A stretch of 64,000 nucleotides of DNA. Origin: Acidobacteriota bacterium (GTDB lineage: Bacteria > Acidobacteriota > Polarisedimenticolia > SMYD01). Numbering within the stretch: the stretch's first letter is position 1; each line of letters begins with the position of its first letter. The position numbers were made by a program, and so were the translations under genes. The notes below the pieces were generated by a model that was not told where the DNA came from, ran no database searches, and worked only from the letters and a program-made list of their open reading frames with translations. The DNA is taken from positions 10,221 through 74,220 of the forward strand of contig SMYD01000104.1 of assembly GCA_004356015.1 (NCBI GenBank). The letters are read 5' to 3'. Below, one piece after another: positions 50,327-60,259 of the stretch.

Positions 50327-50581
50327 ATGTTGAAGATCAGGCTCAGAAGGATGGGAGCCAAGCATCGCCCCTATTTCCGTATTGTTGTCTCCGATGGGCG
50401 GCGGACTCCGACCGGCCCATTCAACGAGATCCTGGGTACTTATGATCCTCGTTGCACTCCCTCTGCCGTGAGCATCGATCTTGCCAAGGCCGATGAATGG
50501 ATCAAGAAGGGCGCGCATCCCTCCCAGACCGTTGCCAACCTCATGGCACGGGTGCGCAAGGAAAGTTCCGCCTCAGTCTGA
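50327..50581 (+). CDS. rpsP: 30S ribosomal protein S16
   Basis: MLKIRLRRMGAKHRPYFRIVV start. The track ORF opens at 50291. Confidence 0.92.
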   Translation: MLKIRLRRMGAKHRPYFRIVVSDGRRTPTGPFNEILGTYDPRCTPSAVSIDLAKADEWIKKGAHPSQTVANLMARVRKESSASV

Positions 50582-50597
50582 AAGTCCGGGTATTCCG

Positions 50598-51131
50598 ATG
50601 AATTCTCCCATCCTGGTGGCAACCATCGTCGCTTCCCGTGGCAATCGCGGTGAGGTCTCAGCAAGGTGCGCCGGTGGTCCGCCTGAACGCTTGTTGAAGG
50701 TGGAGGAGGTGTTTCTGGGGGGCGCCCAGGGAGGGCTGGAACGTGTTCCTCTGCTGCGAAACTGGGCCCACAAGGGGCGCTGGATCCTCCAGTTTCCGGA
50801 GGTGGAGTCCATCAGCCAGGCCAGGGCGCTGGTGGGTCGCCGTATTTTCCTGGCGGAAGCAGAACTCCCGGTCCTGCAGGAGGACCGGTTCTACACCTTT
50901 CATCTGGTGGGATCCACGGTGCTTCATAAAGATGGGCGGGAACTGGGCAAGGTGAAAGATTCGCAGGCAGGCCAGGCACATGATTTCCTCGTGGTGGAGC
51001 GGTGCGACGGCCTTGAAGCACTGGTGCCCATGGTCCGGGCCATTGTTCTTGAGATCGACACCCGGGCCGGGAAAGTCATCGTGGACCCTCCTGCAGGGTT
51101 GCTGGAAGGTGAGCCGGAGGAGGTGCGGTGA
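50598..51131 (+). CDS. rimM: 16S rRNA processing protein RimM
   Basis: RimM N-terminal beta-barrel and a PRC-barrel C-terminus, in the conserved rpsP-rimM-trmD-rplS context. Start at MNSPILVA. Confidence 0.85.
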   Translation: MNSPILVATIVASRGNRGEVSARCAGGPPERLLKVEEVFLGGAQGGLERVPLLRNWAHKGRWILQFPEVESISQARALVGRRIFLAEAELPVLQEDRFYTFHLVGSTVLHKDGRELGKVKDSQAGQAHDFLVVERCDGLEALVPMVRAIVLEIDTRAGKVIVDPPAGLLEGEPEEVR

Positions 51132-51883
51132 GCGGACTGGGCATTGATGTTCTCACCATCTTCCCGGACATGGTACGCCATGCCCTGCCCTACGGGATTC
51201 TGCGACGGGTCCAGGAGGCCGGGAAACTGGTGGTGGCGGTGCACGATCTGCGCCAATGGGGACTCGGTTCCAGCCGGCAGGTGGATGATGCGCCGTTCGG
51301 GGGAGGGGGCGGCATGGTGATGAGGCCGGAGCCCATCTTTGACGGGGTCGCAGCCATCGAGGCCGGGGCGGTGGCGGGACGGCGGTGGCGGGTTCTGCTG
51401 TCACCGCGGGGGCGGCGTCTCCAGCATGCCGACCTGAACCGTCTGGCCGGCCTTGAGAGGATACTCCTCATCTGTGGCCGGTACGAAGGGGTTGATGAGC
51501 GAGTCTGTGAGCACCTGGTGGATGAAGAGATCAGCATTGGCGACTATGTGCTGTCAGGCGGAGAATTACCTGCTCTTGTGCTGATCGAGGGGGTGGCGCG
51601 CCTCCTGCCCGGGGCCCTTGGGGATCCTCTCGGTGCCGGCAGGGATTCCTTTGCGGCAGGGTCTCTGGATTGGCCTGCCTGGACCCGGCCTGCCACGTTT
51701 AAGGGGCTTCCAGTGCCTGATGTGCTCCTCTCAGGCGACCACATGCGTATCGCTAAATGGCGACAAGACAAGAGTTTAGAAATGACCAGGGAACGACGCC
51801 CCGACCTGCTGCAGAAAGGTGGCGAGGGACTGGAAAGCGTCGAAAAGGAACCTAGATTGATTCATGGAAGGACCGGAAGATGA
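51128..51883 (+). CDS. trmD: tRNA (guanine37-N1)-methyltransferase
   Basis: SPOUT-fold TrmD motifs ([25 protein letters not shown]). Confidence 0.92.
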   Translation: MSGLGIDVLTIFPDMVRHALPYGILRRVQEAGKLVVAVHDLRQWGLGSSRQVDDAPFGGGGGMVMRPEPIFDGVAAIEAGAVAGRRWRVLLSPRGRRLQHADLNRLAGLERILLICGRYEGVDERVCEHLVDEEISIGDYVLSGGELPALVLIEGVARLLPGALGDPLGAGRDSFAAGSLDWPAWTRPATFKGLPVPDVLLSGDHMRIAKWRQDKSLEMTRERRPDLLQKGGEGLESVEKEPRLIHGRTGR

Positions 51884-52221
51884 ATCCTGTGGAGAGAGTT
51901 CAACAGGCTGCCGCCAGCAGGGAGCACCCCCAGTTCGGGGCAGGCGACACCGTCAACGTGCATGTTCGCATCGTCGAGGGTGAGAAGAAACGAGTGCAGG
52001 TGTTCAAGGGTGTGGTCATCGCGCGCAAGCATGGCAGCTCTCGAGAGACCTTCACCGTGCGAAAAATCTCTTACGGCGTCGGGGTGGAGAGGGTGTTCCC
52101 TCTGCACTCCCCGATGATCGAGAAAATTGAGTTGGTCCGGCGTGGCCGGGTCCGGCGCGCGAAGCTGTATTACCTGCGGGAACGCCGCGGGAAGGCTGCG
52201 CGCATCGCCGAGAAGCGGTAG
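51880..52221 (+). CDS. rplS: 50S ribosomal protein L19
   Basis: 113 aa with the conserved L19 sequence ([12 protein letters not shown]...[18 protein letters not shown]). Confidence 0.93.
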   Translation: MNPVERVQQAAASREHPQFGAGDTVNVHVRIVEGEKKRVQVFKGVVIARKHGSSRETFTVRKISYGVGVERVFPLHSPMIEKIELVRRGRVRRAKLYYLRERRGKAARIAEKR

Positions 52222-52228
52222 TGGAATT

Positions 52229-52250
52229 GCCCGGGGCGTGAGCCCCGGGC
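52229..52250 (+). terminator. GC-rich hairpin GCCCGGGGC-gtga-GCCCCGGGC after rplS (putative intrinsic terminator with a weak U-tract)
   Basis: Perfect 9-bp inverted repeat with a 4-nt loop, 8 nt after the rplS stop, followed by TTCT. Confidence 0.45.
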
Positions 52251-52301
52251 TTCTCGGCAAGGTTGGCGCCGGCCCTCCCCGTCCACGGGAGATGGAGAGG
52301 T

Positions 52302-54812
52302 ATGGCGATCGATCGAGCCAAAGTCAGCCGCACAGCGGAAAAGTTTCTCCGCCAGGGGCGTCTTGAAGACGCCATCCGGGCCTACAAGCGGCTGCTCGAT
52401 GACAATCCGCAGGACACCGGCACCCTCAACAAGGTCGGCGATCTGTACCGCAAGGCCGGACAGGTCTCCCGCGCCGTGGCTTGTTACCGGCTCATCGCAG
52501 AGCGGTACCGGGACCGGGGATTTGCCACCAAGGCCATCGCCATGTTCAAGAAGATGGCCAAGGTGGCGCCTGATGACCCGGAGGTGCGCGAAGACCTGGC
52601 GGCGCTCTATTCCGAGGCCGGACTGACCCGGGATGCTCTGAGCAATCTGCGTGAGGCCGTCCGTCTTCTCGCTGAAGCGGGGGAGGCGGAGCGCGCTCTC
52701 GAACTTGAATCAAGGGTGCTGGAACTCTGCCCCGACGATTGGCCGGGATTGCGTTCCCAGGGAGCCAAGCTCCTGGCCGCGGGTGAAAGGGAGCGAGCCT
52801 TGGCCGCCTTCATGCGCGCCGCTACCGGTCTGGCCCTGTGCGGCAAGATTGAAGCGTCCCTGGAATGCTGCTGTGAAGCGGCCGCAGGCGCTCCCGCGGA
52901 CCCCGAGCCCGTGGCCTTCATGATTCGTCTCATGGTGAGCAACCAGCGCGGAGAGGAGGCTGTACAGGACCTCCAGCGGCGTTTGGAAGCGGATGATCTG
53001 CCCCATCTGCAGGCCCTCCTGGGTGAGGCGCTCCTCGCCCAGGGGAAGCTGGCGGGAGTTCGCGAAGCCCTGCAGGCGGCGGCGGACAGTGCTTTTGCGG
53101 CGGGGGATGTCGGCTATCAGGAGAGCCTGCTCCGCTTCGATCTCCTGGAAGGCCGGTTTGAGTCGGTGGCCGGGAATCTGGACCATCTTGTCACCCTGCT
53201 GCAGGAAGAGGGAGAGCATGGTCGCGTCCTCCGTCTGCTGTGCGACATTCTGGAGGGCGAATCCGGGATGGACAAGGCCCAGGGTTTGCTGCTCGATCTC
53301 TGCCGAAAGGGCAAGATTGAGGGAGCGGAACTGGACTCCGGTGTGGAGATGCTGTCCCGTTGCCTTGACCCGGAACAGCACAAGGATGAATTGGCCCGTC
53401 TCCTGGGAGCAACGGACCGGGCCAACCCCGACCCGGACGGATCTTCCGAGCCCCTTTCTTCGCCGGGCGGGGGAGCCATCCGGGCGGCTGTGGACCAGGT
53501 GAAGCCACCTGCTGCCGGCGACGTGGTCACCCTGGAAGGCGAAGACGGCTCCGACGTGGATCCGGATTTCGTCAACGAGCACCTGGTCGAGGCGGATGTG
53601 TTCGTCAAGTATGGCCTGCACGCCAAAGCCGCTGCTCATCTGGCGCGCATTGTCGAGCGATACCCGCGTACCCTGGTTGCTCACCAGCGCCTGACCGAAC
53701 TGTATTGCGAGATCGGGCAGGGTGATGCCTGCGGGCTGCAGTCGGTGCAACTGGCTGAGGTGCATCGCCTGCGGGGAGAACTGGCGGAGGCCCGTCAGGT
53801 CCTGGTCAGGGCCGTGACTCTGCAACCCGAGAATCCCTCACTGTCAAGAATATTGAACGGTCTCGCCGCTGAGGAGCCATTGACCGTCTATCAGCCGACC
53901 TTCAGCAGCCGTTCCGAAGCTGCAGCACCGGCCCCGGCTGCGCCACGCCAGGTGCTCAAGCCTGCACCACTGGTGAAGAAGAAACCATCTCCGCCGGTCA
54001 TGGAGGAGGAAACCCTGGAGCTGGTGCTGGATGATGCCGCCGGCAATGAAGACCAGCAGGAGGAAGTGTCGCCGCAAGATGGGCGTTCGGAGGACAGAGC
54101 TCGTGCCGTGGCGCCGGCACCCAGGGAGGATGAACCTGAGGACCGGGCCGAAGTGCCCGAGGAGGTTCAGGCGGCGGTGGCTGACATCCAGGCGGAAGCA
54201 CCGGTGCCGAGAGAGCACAAGCGGGTGGTGGAACCGGACAAGGCTGATGGTCAGGACGACTTCTTTGATCTCGCTCAAGCCATCGAGGAGGAACTCCTGG
54301 CCGAGGATCAGGCGTCCGCAGAGCCTTCCATCGTGGACGATCTGGACGAGCAACAGAGTCCGATCACGGGGATCCGCGAGGCCATCGAGCGCCAGGTGAG
54401 TGAAGAGGACCACCAGATGCACTATCAGCTGGGTATCGCTTTCAAAGAAATGGAGATGCTGGATGAGGCCATAGGGGCTTTTCAGCAGGCCGCGCATGAT
54501 CCCGACAGCTTTTTGATGTGTTGCAGCATGCTGGGATTGTGTTTCCGTGCGAAAGGCATGCCCCAGATTGCCGAGAAGTGGTATCGGAAGGGGTTGGATC
54601 GAGGTGGCTCCGGGGAATCGGGCGAAGATCAGATCACGGGACTGCTCTATGATCTGGGCACGTTGCACCAGGAACGGGGCGCGGCTGACGAAGCACGTAA
54701 CTGTTTCACTGATGTCTACGCCAGTAATGCCAATTACCGCGATGTGGCTGAGCGCCTGCGTCTCCTCTCGCAGAGTGCAGGGGACGACACCGCGGGCAGG
54801 GCGGTGACATGA
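52302..54812 (+). CDS. Large TPR-repeat protein with an acidic, Pro/Ala/Glu-rich central linker
   Basis: About 837 aa. Multiple TPR-like repeats at both ends; a low-complexity acidic region spans roughly residues 560-700. No signal peptide. Its stop overlaps the start of the downstream regulator (ATGA). Confidence 0.7.
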   Translation: MAIDRAKVSRTAEKFLRQGRLEDAIRAYKRLLDDNPQDTGTLNKVGDLYRKAGQVSRAVACYRLIAERYRDRGFATKAIAMFKKMAKVAPDDPEVREDLAALYSEAGLTRDALSNLREAVRLLAEAGEAERALELESRVLELCPDDWPGLRSQGAKLLAAGERERALAAFMRAATGLALCGKIEASLECCCEAAAGAPADPEPVAFMIRLMVSNQRGEEAVQDLQRRLEADDLPHLQALLGEALLAQGKLAGVREALQAAADSAFAAGDVGYQESLLRFDLLEGRFESVAGNLDHLVTLLQEEGEHGRVLRLLCDILEGESGMDKAQGLLLDLCRKGKIEGAELDSGVEMLSRCLDPEQHKDELARLLGATDRANPDPDGSSEPLSSPGGGAIRAAVDQVKPPAAGDVVTLEGEDGSDVDPDFVNEHLVEADVFVKYGLHAKAAAHLARIVERYPRTLVAHQRLTELYCEIGQGDACGLQSVQLAEVHRLRGELAEARQVLVRAVTLQPENPSLSRILNGLAAEEPLTVYQPTFSSRSEAAAPAPAAPRQVLKPAPLVKKKPSPPVMEEETLELVLDDAAGNEDQQEEVSPQDGRSEDRARAVAPAPREDEPEDRAEVPEEVQAAVADIQAEAPVPREHKRVVEPDKADGQDDFFDLAQAIEEELLAEDQASAEPSIVDDLDEQQSPITGIREAIERQVSEEDHQMHYQLGIAFKEMEMLDEAIGAFQQAAHDPDSFLMCCSMLGLCFRAKGMPQIAEKWYRKGLDRGGSGESGEDQITGLLYDLGTLHQERGAADEARNCFTDVYASNANYRDVAERLRLLSQSAGDDTAGRAVT

Positions 54813-56203
54813 GGAGTTTGCGCATTCTGGCCGTTGACGACGAGCCCCATGTTCTCGATCTCTGTCGTGAGGTCCTCAGCAGGGACGGATATGCGGTGGA
54901 AACGGCAGTTGACACCGATGCGGCTCTGGGGGCGTTGCGTGCGCGGGACTACGACCTTGTTCTGACGGATCTGCGCATGCCCGGACGGGATGGTCTGGAG
55001 TTGATCCGGGAAGCCCGCCAGTTGATTCCCCGCATGCCCATCGTGGTCCTCACCGGCTATCCCTCCATCGAGAGCGCCGTGGCCGCAGTGCGGCAGGGGG
55101 CCGACGATGTGGTTACAAAGCCTTTTGACAACGAGCACCTCTGTCGCGTGGTGCGGCGGGTTCTGAGAAACGCTTCGGGAACCCGTCATCAGACGCCTGG
55201 GCCTAAGCTCGCCGCCTCCAGTCTTATCCTGGGTGAGAGTTCTGCCACCGTGGTTCTGCGCAACTTGATCCGGCGGGCGGCGGCCACCGAGTCGGCGGTC
55301 CTCCTGCAGGGCGAGATTGGCAGCGGGAAAGAACTGGTGGCCCGCACTCTTCACGATGCCTCCAAGCGGCAGGGGGAGCCATTCCTCGCCCTGGATGGAC
55401 CGGCGTTGGACACGGTTCTGGACAGGATCGGGTTCGGCGGCGGGAGAGAGAATCCTGAGCACTCAGGGGCGCAGGGCCTGCGGGCCCATGCCGCGGGTGG
55501 CTCTCTTTTTCTGGACGATGTTGATGAGCTGGCCCCCGGCGTGCAAGCCAGGCTGCTGTGCTATCTGGATGACCATGGGGCCGATGTTCCGCCCGAGAAT
55601 GGCGGTGGCACAGCAAAGCCGCGGGTCATCGCGGCAAGCCGGGAAGATCTACAGGTGGCGGTCAAAGCAGGGCTGTTCAGGGAAGATCTCTACTTCCGGC
55701 TGAATGTGATCCCCCTGCGGGTTCCCCCGCTCAGGGAACGCCTCGAAGACATTCCCATCCTTGTCAACGGTCTTCTGGCGGAGTACTCCCGGCTGCGCCA
55801 GCAGCCGCCCAGGCGGTTCTCCGGCGCCTGCCTCCAGCGCCTGGCGTGCTATTCATGGCCCGGGAACGTGCGCGAACTGCGCAATGTCATGGAGCGCATG
55901 GTCTCCCTGGCCGATGGCCCTGAGGTGACAACGGCCGACATCCCAGCGGAAATTCTGCAGGCAGCCGCCATGGAGAAGGGAGTTCCAGGCGAATCCCGGA
56001 TGGTGTTTCGCGAAGCCAAGAAATTCGCCGTAGGACAGTTTGAGAGAGAATACCTTCACGCCCTGCTGGCCCGGCATGACGGCAATGTGACCCGATCGGC
56101 CAGGGCGGCGGGGCTCAATCGCTCCGCGTTCCAGCGTCTCATGCGCAAGTATGGCCTGCGTTCCGCGTCATACCGTCAGGCGAAAGGAGAGTTGCCTTCA
56201 TGA
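54809..56203 (+). CDS. NtrC-family response regulator (REC, AAA+, Fis-type HTH) lacking the GAFTGA sigma-54 contact motif
   Basis: REC domain with phospho-acceptor Asp in DLVLTDLRMPG. AAA+ Walker A GEIGSGKE, Walker B LFLDDVDEL, and RLNVIPLRVPPLRERLEDIP. C-terminal HTH NVTRSARAAGLNRSAFQRLMRKYGL. The loop where ELFGHEKGAFTGA normally sits reads RIGFGGGRENPEHSGA. Confidence 0.8.
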   Translation: MRSLRILAVDDEPHVLDLCREVLSRDGYAVETAVDTDAALGALRARDYDLVLTDLRMPGRDGLELIREARQLIPRMPIVVLTGYPSIESAVAAVRQGADDVVTKPFDNEHLCRVVRRVLRNASGTRHQTPGPKLAASSLILGESSATVVLRNLIRRAAATESAVLLQGEIGSGKELVARTLHDASKRQGEPFLALDGPALDTVLDRIGFGGGRENPEHSGAQGLRAHAAGGSLFLDDVDELAPGVQARLLCYLDDHGADVPPENGGGTAKPRVIAASREDLQVAVKAGLFREDLYFRLNVIPLRVPPLRERLEDIPILVNGLLAEYSRLRQQPPRRFSGACLQRLACYSWPGNVRELRNVMERMVSLADGPEVTTADIPAEILQAAAMEKGVPGESRMVFREAKKFAVGQFEREYLHALLARHDGNVTRSARAAGLNRSAFQRLMRKYGLRSASYRQAKGELPS

Positions 56204-57453
56204 ACAAAGATCGATTCGTTCGCTCGGGTCTTAACACCACCGGACTGCCGGCCGCTCCCCTGGCCGGAGCCGCCCATCATGCGGGAAACATGGGCGCGGA
56301 TCAACTCGACTCCTGGCAACCGCATGTGATCCCGGCGGCCGACGGCCAGGAAAGCGACACCCGGAATGACATCATCAGGCGTGGTCTCAGGCTGGCCCGG
56401 GAAGAGCGTCCGCGTGAGGCTGTGCGCTACCTGAAGGAAGCACTCGCGGCGGATTCGGCACATGGGGTGGCGTGGAACAATCTCGGCGTTCTGTACCAGC
56501 AGAACGGCGCCCTGGGCCTGGCCATGGACTGCTATGGGCGGGCTGTGAAGGCAGATGAACATCTCACCATGGCCTGGCTCAACCTGGGATGGGGTCTTCT
56601 CCTGAAGGGGCAGGCCGGGGAGGCCCGCGGTTGCCTGCAGGAGGTGGTGGCCAGGGAGTCTGAAAACAGCGCCGCGTGGGATGGCATGGCCGAGGTTCAT
56701 CGCCAGGCCGGCCAGATGGAGGAAGCTGTTCTCTGCTGGCGGCGAGCCGGGCGACAGGGGATGGATCGGCGCACAGCCTGGGTTCGTTCAGCCGATATCC
56801 TTCTGGATGGCGACGATCCGGCCGGTGCCGTCAGCTGTCTGAGGCGCGCTCTCCTGGATGGCGAGGAGGCCGGTGTCTGGGCCCGCCTGGGATATGCCCA
56901 TTCCCTCCTGGGGCAGGACGCCCCGGCGGTGCGCAGCTACAGCCGCGCCCTTGAGCTTGAGCCGCATCGTCCGGGGGTTCACTACAACCTGGCCACCGTG
57001 CTGCTGGGCCAGGGCCGGTTGCGCGAAGCCCGGCGCCACCTGGAAGCGGCTGTACGGCAGGAACCCGAGGATGCTCATGCCTGGAGCAACCTGGGTCATA
57101 CAGCCGGGGAGCTGGGCGCCCTGGAGAGGTCCCGATGGTGTTTTGAACGGGCGCTGGAGATCGATCCTGCCTGTCACGAGGCCTGGAATAACCTGGCCGG
57201 CTGGCATGAGCAACAGGGAGATCGGGTGGCGGCGGCAGAGGGCTATTCCAGGGCCCTGGACTTGGTGCCGAACAACAGCAGTTATCTGCTGAACCGCGCC
57301 CTGGTCCTGGCATCCATGAAGCAGGCTGAGGAAGCCCGGAAAGATCTGGATGAACTCTGCCGACGGCAGCCCGAACTGGCGGAGATGCTGCACGAGCTCC
57401 CCGCTTTCCGGAACATGGCATCCCCTTCTCATCAGAAGGTGGAAGGAACGTAG
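56200..57453 (+). CDS. TPR-repeat protein
   Basis: 417 aa, TPR repeats nearly throughout. Its start overlaps the regulator's stop. Confidence 0.7.
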   Translation: MNKDRFVRSGLNTTGLPAAPLAGAAHHAGNMGADQLDSWQPHVIPAADGQESDTRNDIIRRGLRLAREERPREAVRYLKEALAADSAHGVAWNNLGVLYQQNGALGLAMDCYGRAVKADEHLTMAWLNLGWGLLLKGQAGEARGCLQEVVARESENSAAWDGMAEVHRQAGQMEEAVLCWRRAGRQGMDRRTAWVRSADILLDGDDPAGAVSCLRRALLDGEEAGVWARLGYAHSLLGQDAPAVRSYSRALELEPHRPGVHYNLATVLLGQGRLREARRHLEAAVRQEPEDAHAWSNLGHTAGELGALERSRWCFERALEIDPACHEAWNNLAGWHEQQGDRVAAAEGYSRALDLVPNNSSYLLNRALVLASMKQAEEARKDLDELCRRQPELAEMLHELPAFRNMASPSHQKVEGT

Positions 57454-57465
57454 ACGGCGGCGGAT

Positions 57466-60189
57466 CTAGCGGTCGGCCCGGATGATGACCACCTGGGGAC
57501 GGCGGCCGTCCAGGCCACGGCGTTCGACCAGGGACAGCACATCTTCGGGTGGTTCAGGAAGATCTTCCGGCACGGGGTCGTCCTCAACTTGAAGAAGGGG
57601 TCCCTGAGGTATCTGGCCGGGAGGTTGGGGCGCACGCCAGCGTCCCCAGGACGCAAAGGGACCTGCATCACGGAGTCGGACCCCGACAGTCAGGGAGGTA
57701 TCGCCATAGGTGATGGCGAGACTGTGGCTGAGAGGCAGCCAGCGCAGGTAGCGGGCCTCCTCATCTCTCAGAGTGTCCAGTTCCTCACGGGAGAGGACCA
57801 GTCGCTGGTTCTCATCCAGAGGTAACATGTGGAGAAAATAGGGCAGCTGCTGGCGAAAATGAAGGCCCCGGCCGCAAAGGGTTGTGGGCTCGGTGCCAGG
57901 CAGAAAAGACTCCAGCAGAACCTCGCGACAATCGCTGCGCACGCCGGCTCGTGAGCCGGTCAGAGGATCCACCGGCGCCTGACTGACTTCCGGCGGGCGG
58001 GCGAATTCGGCCGTCGGGCGACCCTTCATGGCGGCGCGCATGATTCGATCCCAGATGGGCAGGGCTGCCCGGGCGCCACTCTGCTGGAAGCCCAGTGATG
58101 CGGACTGGTCCAGGCCGACCCACACGCCGCAGACCAGGCTTGGCGTATAGCCGATGAACCATGCGTCCGTATGCGCATCGGTGGTTCCGGTCTTGCCCGC
58201 CGCCGGGTAAGGAAAGTCGGCGATGGAGGCGCCGGTGCCACGGCGTATGACTCCCTGCAGCATCTGGGTCAGGACATAGGCGACTCCCGGCTCCACGGCT
58301 TCGGTGGCGGCGGGCGCCGCGGCCAGACGAACCTTCCCGTCCCGGTCGGTCACACGGCGGATCAAGTGGGGAGGGAGAAGCAGGCCGCCGTTGGCGAAAG
58401 CGCCGTAAGCGGCGGTCATTTCCAGGAGGCTGACCTCCACGGCCCCCAGGGCCAGGGAGGGGTAAGGCCGCAGCCTTGTGGTGATCCCCAGGCGTCTGGC
58501 CAGGTCGAACACCGGGCGGAAGCCGATATGGTTGATGAGCTTGACCGCCGGGATATTGCGCGAATGCTCCAGGGCGGTACGCAAGGTCATGAGCCCCATG
58601 TAATCCCGCTCGTAGTTTTCAGGCTGGTAGAGATTTCCTGTCTGGGGATCGATGAAGACGGTGGGATGATCGTAGATCCGATCCGCCGGGGTCAGGCCCG
58701 CTTCCAGGGCGGCGGCATAGAGCAGTGGCTTGAAGGCCGAGCCGACCTGCCGGCGGGCCTGGATGGCACGGTTGAACTGGCTGCGCTCATAATCGTAGCC
58801 CCCTGCCAGGGCCAGAACCTCTCCGGAGGCAGGGTCCAGAATCACAACAGCTCCTTCGACAAGGGGGACCTGGTCCAGGGAGACGGGAACCGGGCCACCG
58901 TCCGCCGGCGGGTCTGCGAGGGGTGTGAAGAGAGTCCTGTCGCCTCTCTTGAGCAGGCGGCGCAGGTCCTTTTCGCCGGTCCAGAGGGCGTCGCCGGCAT
59001 CCAGCACTCCTTCCATGTCCGGACCCAGCCTGACACGAACTTTCTCTCTCGCGCTCTCAAGGACCACTCCATAAACGGCGCGCCCCACGCTGGGAAGCAG
59101 GGACCAGGTGGGGTCGTTCCATGCCTCAGGCTCGGTGCCATGGTCATCCAGAACGTTCTCCGTGACCGGGCGGAATCCTCGCCGCCTGTCCACCGTGCGC
59201 AACCCGTCGCGAAGCATCTCCTCGACCATCTTCTGCAGGCCAGGATCCATGGTGGTGGCGACTTCCAGGCCATCCTGGTAGAGGGCCTCCTCGCCGAACT
59301 GCGCGATCAGTCTCTTCCGCACCTCTTCGATGAAATAGAGGCCATGGGGCGAACCGGCGCCGGCGTCGGCATGGGTGACCACAGCGCGTGCCTGCGCCGC
59401 CTCGGCCTGGGCCGAAGTGATGAACCCCTCGCTGACCATCCGCCGGAGAACCACATCGCGCCGGCGCCGGGCGCGCTCCGGGAAGCGCACCGGCGAATAG
59501 GTGTTGGGTCGCTGGACCAGGCCGGCCAGAAGGGCGGCCTGGTCCAGGGTCAGGGCCGCGGCCGATCGGTCGTAATAGAAACGGCTCGCTGCCTCGATCC
59601 CGTAAAAACCGTGCCCGAAATAAATTTGATTGCAATAAAGGGCAAGGATCTCCTCCTTGGTGTAGGTCTTTTCCATCTGGAGGGCGAAGACCCATTCCTG
59701 CAGCTTGCGGGTCCAGAGCTTCTCCCTGGTCAGGAAGAGATCCTTGGCCAGTTGCTGGGTGATGGTGGATGCTCCCTGGGCTTTGCGGCCGGCCAAAAGA
59801 TCGGCCCACACCGCGCGCAGAATCGCCTTGAGATCGACTCCCGGGTGAGTGAAGAAATGGGAATCCTCACTGGCCACGATAGCCTGGCGAAACCAGGGTG
59901 AGATGGCGTTCAGCCCCACCACGAGGCGGCGCTGTTCACCGAACTGGCGCAGGAGGCTCTCGTCGCCGGCGTAAATCCGGCTGAGGACCGGTGGTGCGTA
60001 ATCTTCCAGGGACTGGACCTGGGGGAGGTCCTGCCGCAGAAGGGAGGCGGTACCCAGGCCGGCGGCGGCAGCAAGGACCCAGGCCGCCAGGGTGGCCGCC
60101 AGCCAGCCCCGCCAGTGGGGTCCCAGGGAGAGTCTGATGATGAAGCGGGTGGGCCGGCGGCTGCCGGTCTGACGGGAGAGACGGATCAT
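57466..60189 (-). CDS. mrcA: Class A penicillin-binding protein (PBP1A; glycosyltransferase plus transpeptidase)
   Basis: N-terminal TM, GT51 motifs (EDSHFFTHPG, GASTITQQLAK), transpeptidase SxxK (GSAFKP), SxN and KTG. A C-terminal extension of about 190 aa has no recognisable domain. Confidence 0.9.
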   Translation of the reverse strand: MIRLSRQTGSRRPTRFIIRLSLGPHWRGWLAATLAAWVLAAAAGLGTASLLRQDLPQVQSLEDYAPPVLSRIYAGDESLLRQFGEQRRLVVGLNAISPWFRQAIVASEDSHFFTHPGVDLKAILRAVWADLLAGRKAQGASTITQQLAKDLFLTREKLWTRKLQEWVFALQMEKTYTKEEILALYCNQIYFGHGFYGIEAASRFYYDRSAAALTLDQAALLAGLVQRPNTYSPVRFPERARRRRDVVLRRMVSEGFITSAQAEAAQARAVVTHADAGAGSPHGLYFIEEVRKRLIAQFGEEALYQDGLEVATTMDPGLQKMVEEMLRDGLRTVDRRRGFRPVTENVLDDHGTEPEAWNDPTWSLLPSVGRAVYGVVLESAREKVRVRLGPDMEGVLDAGDALWTGEKDLRRLLKRGDRTLFTPLADPPADGGPVPVSLDQVPLVEGAVVILDPASGEVLALAGGYDYERSQFNRAIQARRQVGSAFKPLLYAAALEAGLTPADRIYDHPTVFIDPQTGNLYQPENYERDYMGLMTLRTALEHSRNIPAVKLINHIGFRPVFDLARRLGITTRLRPYPSLALGAVEVSLLEMTAAYGAFANGGLLLPPHLIRRVTDRDGKVRLAAAPAATEAVEPGVAYVLTQMLQGVIRRGTGASIADFPYPAAGKTGTTDAHTDAWFIGYTPSLVCGVWVGLDQSASLGFQQSGARAALPIWDRIMRAAMKGRPTAEFARPPEVSQAPVDPLTGSRAGVRSDCREVLLESFLPGTEPTTLCGRGLHFRQQLPYFLHMLPLDENQRLVLSREELDTLRDEEARYLRWLPLSHSLAITYGDTSLTVGVRLRDAGPFASWGRWRAPQPPGQIPQGPLLQVEDDPVPEDLPEPPEDVLSLVERRGLDGRRPQVVIIRADR

Positions 60190-60259
60190 GGCGCCATTCT
60201 ATCGGGCGGTTGCCACCGGCGGCCAGCAGTGAGAAAAAAACGGGTGCTAAACTCCCGGG

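Noticed and set aside
52302-57453. Assignment of the TPR / sigma-54-regulator block to the PEP-CTERM/exosortase regulatory system (PrsT-PrsR-like)
   Set aside because: No adjacent histidine kinase, no exosortase or PEP-CTERM genes in the window, the large TPR protein lacks a signal peptide or lipobox, and the regulator lacks GAFTGA. There is not enough evidence for the assignment.
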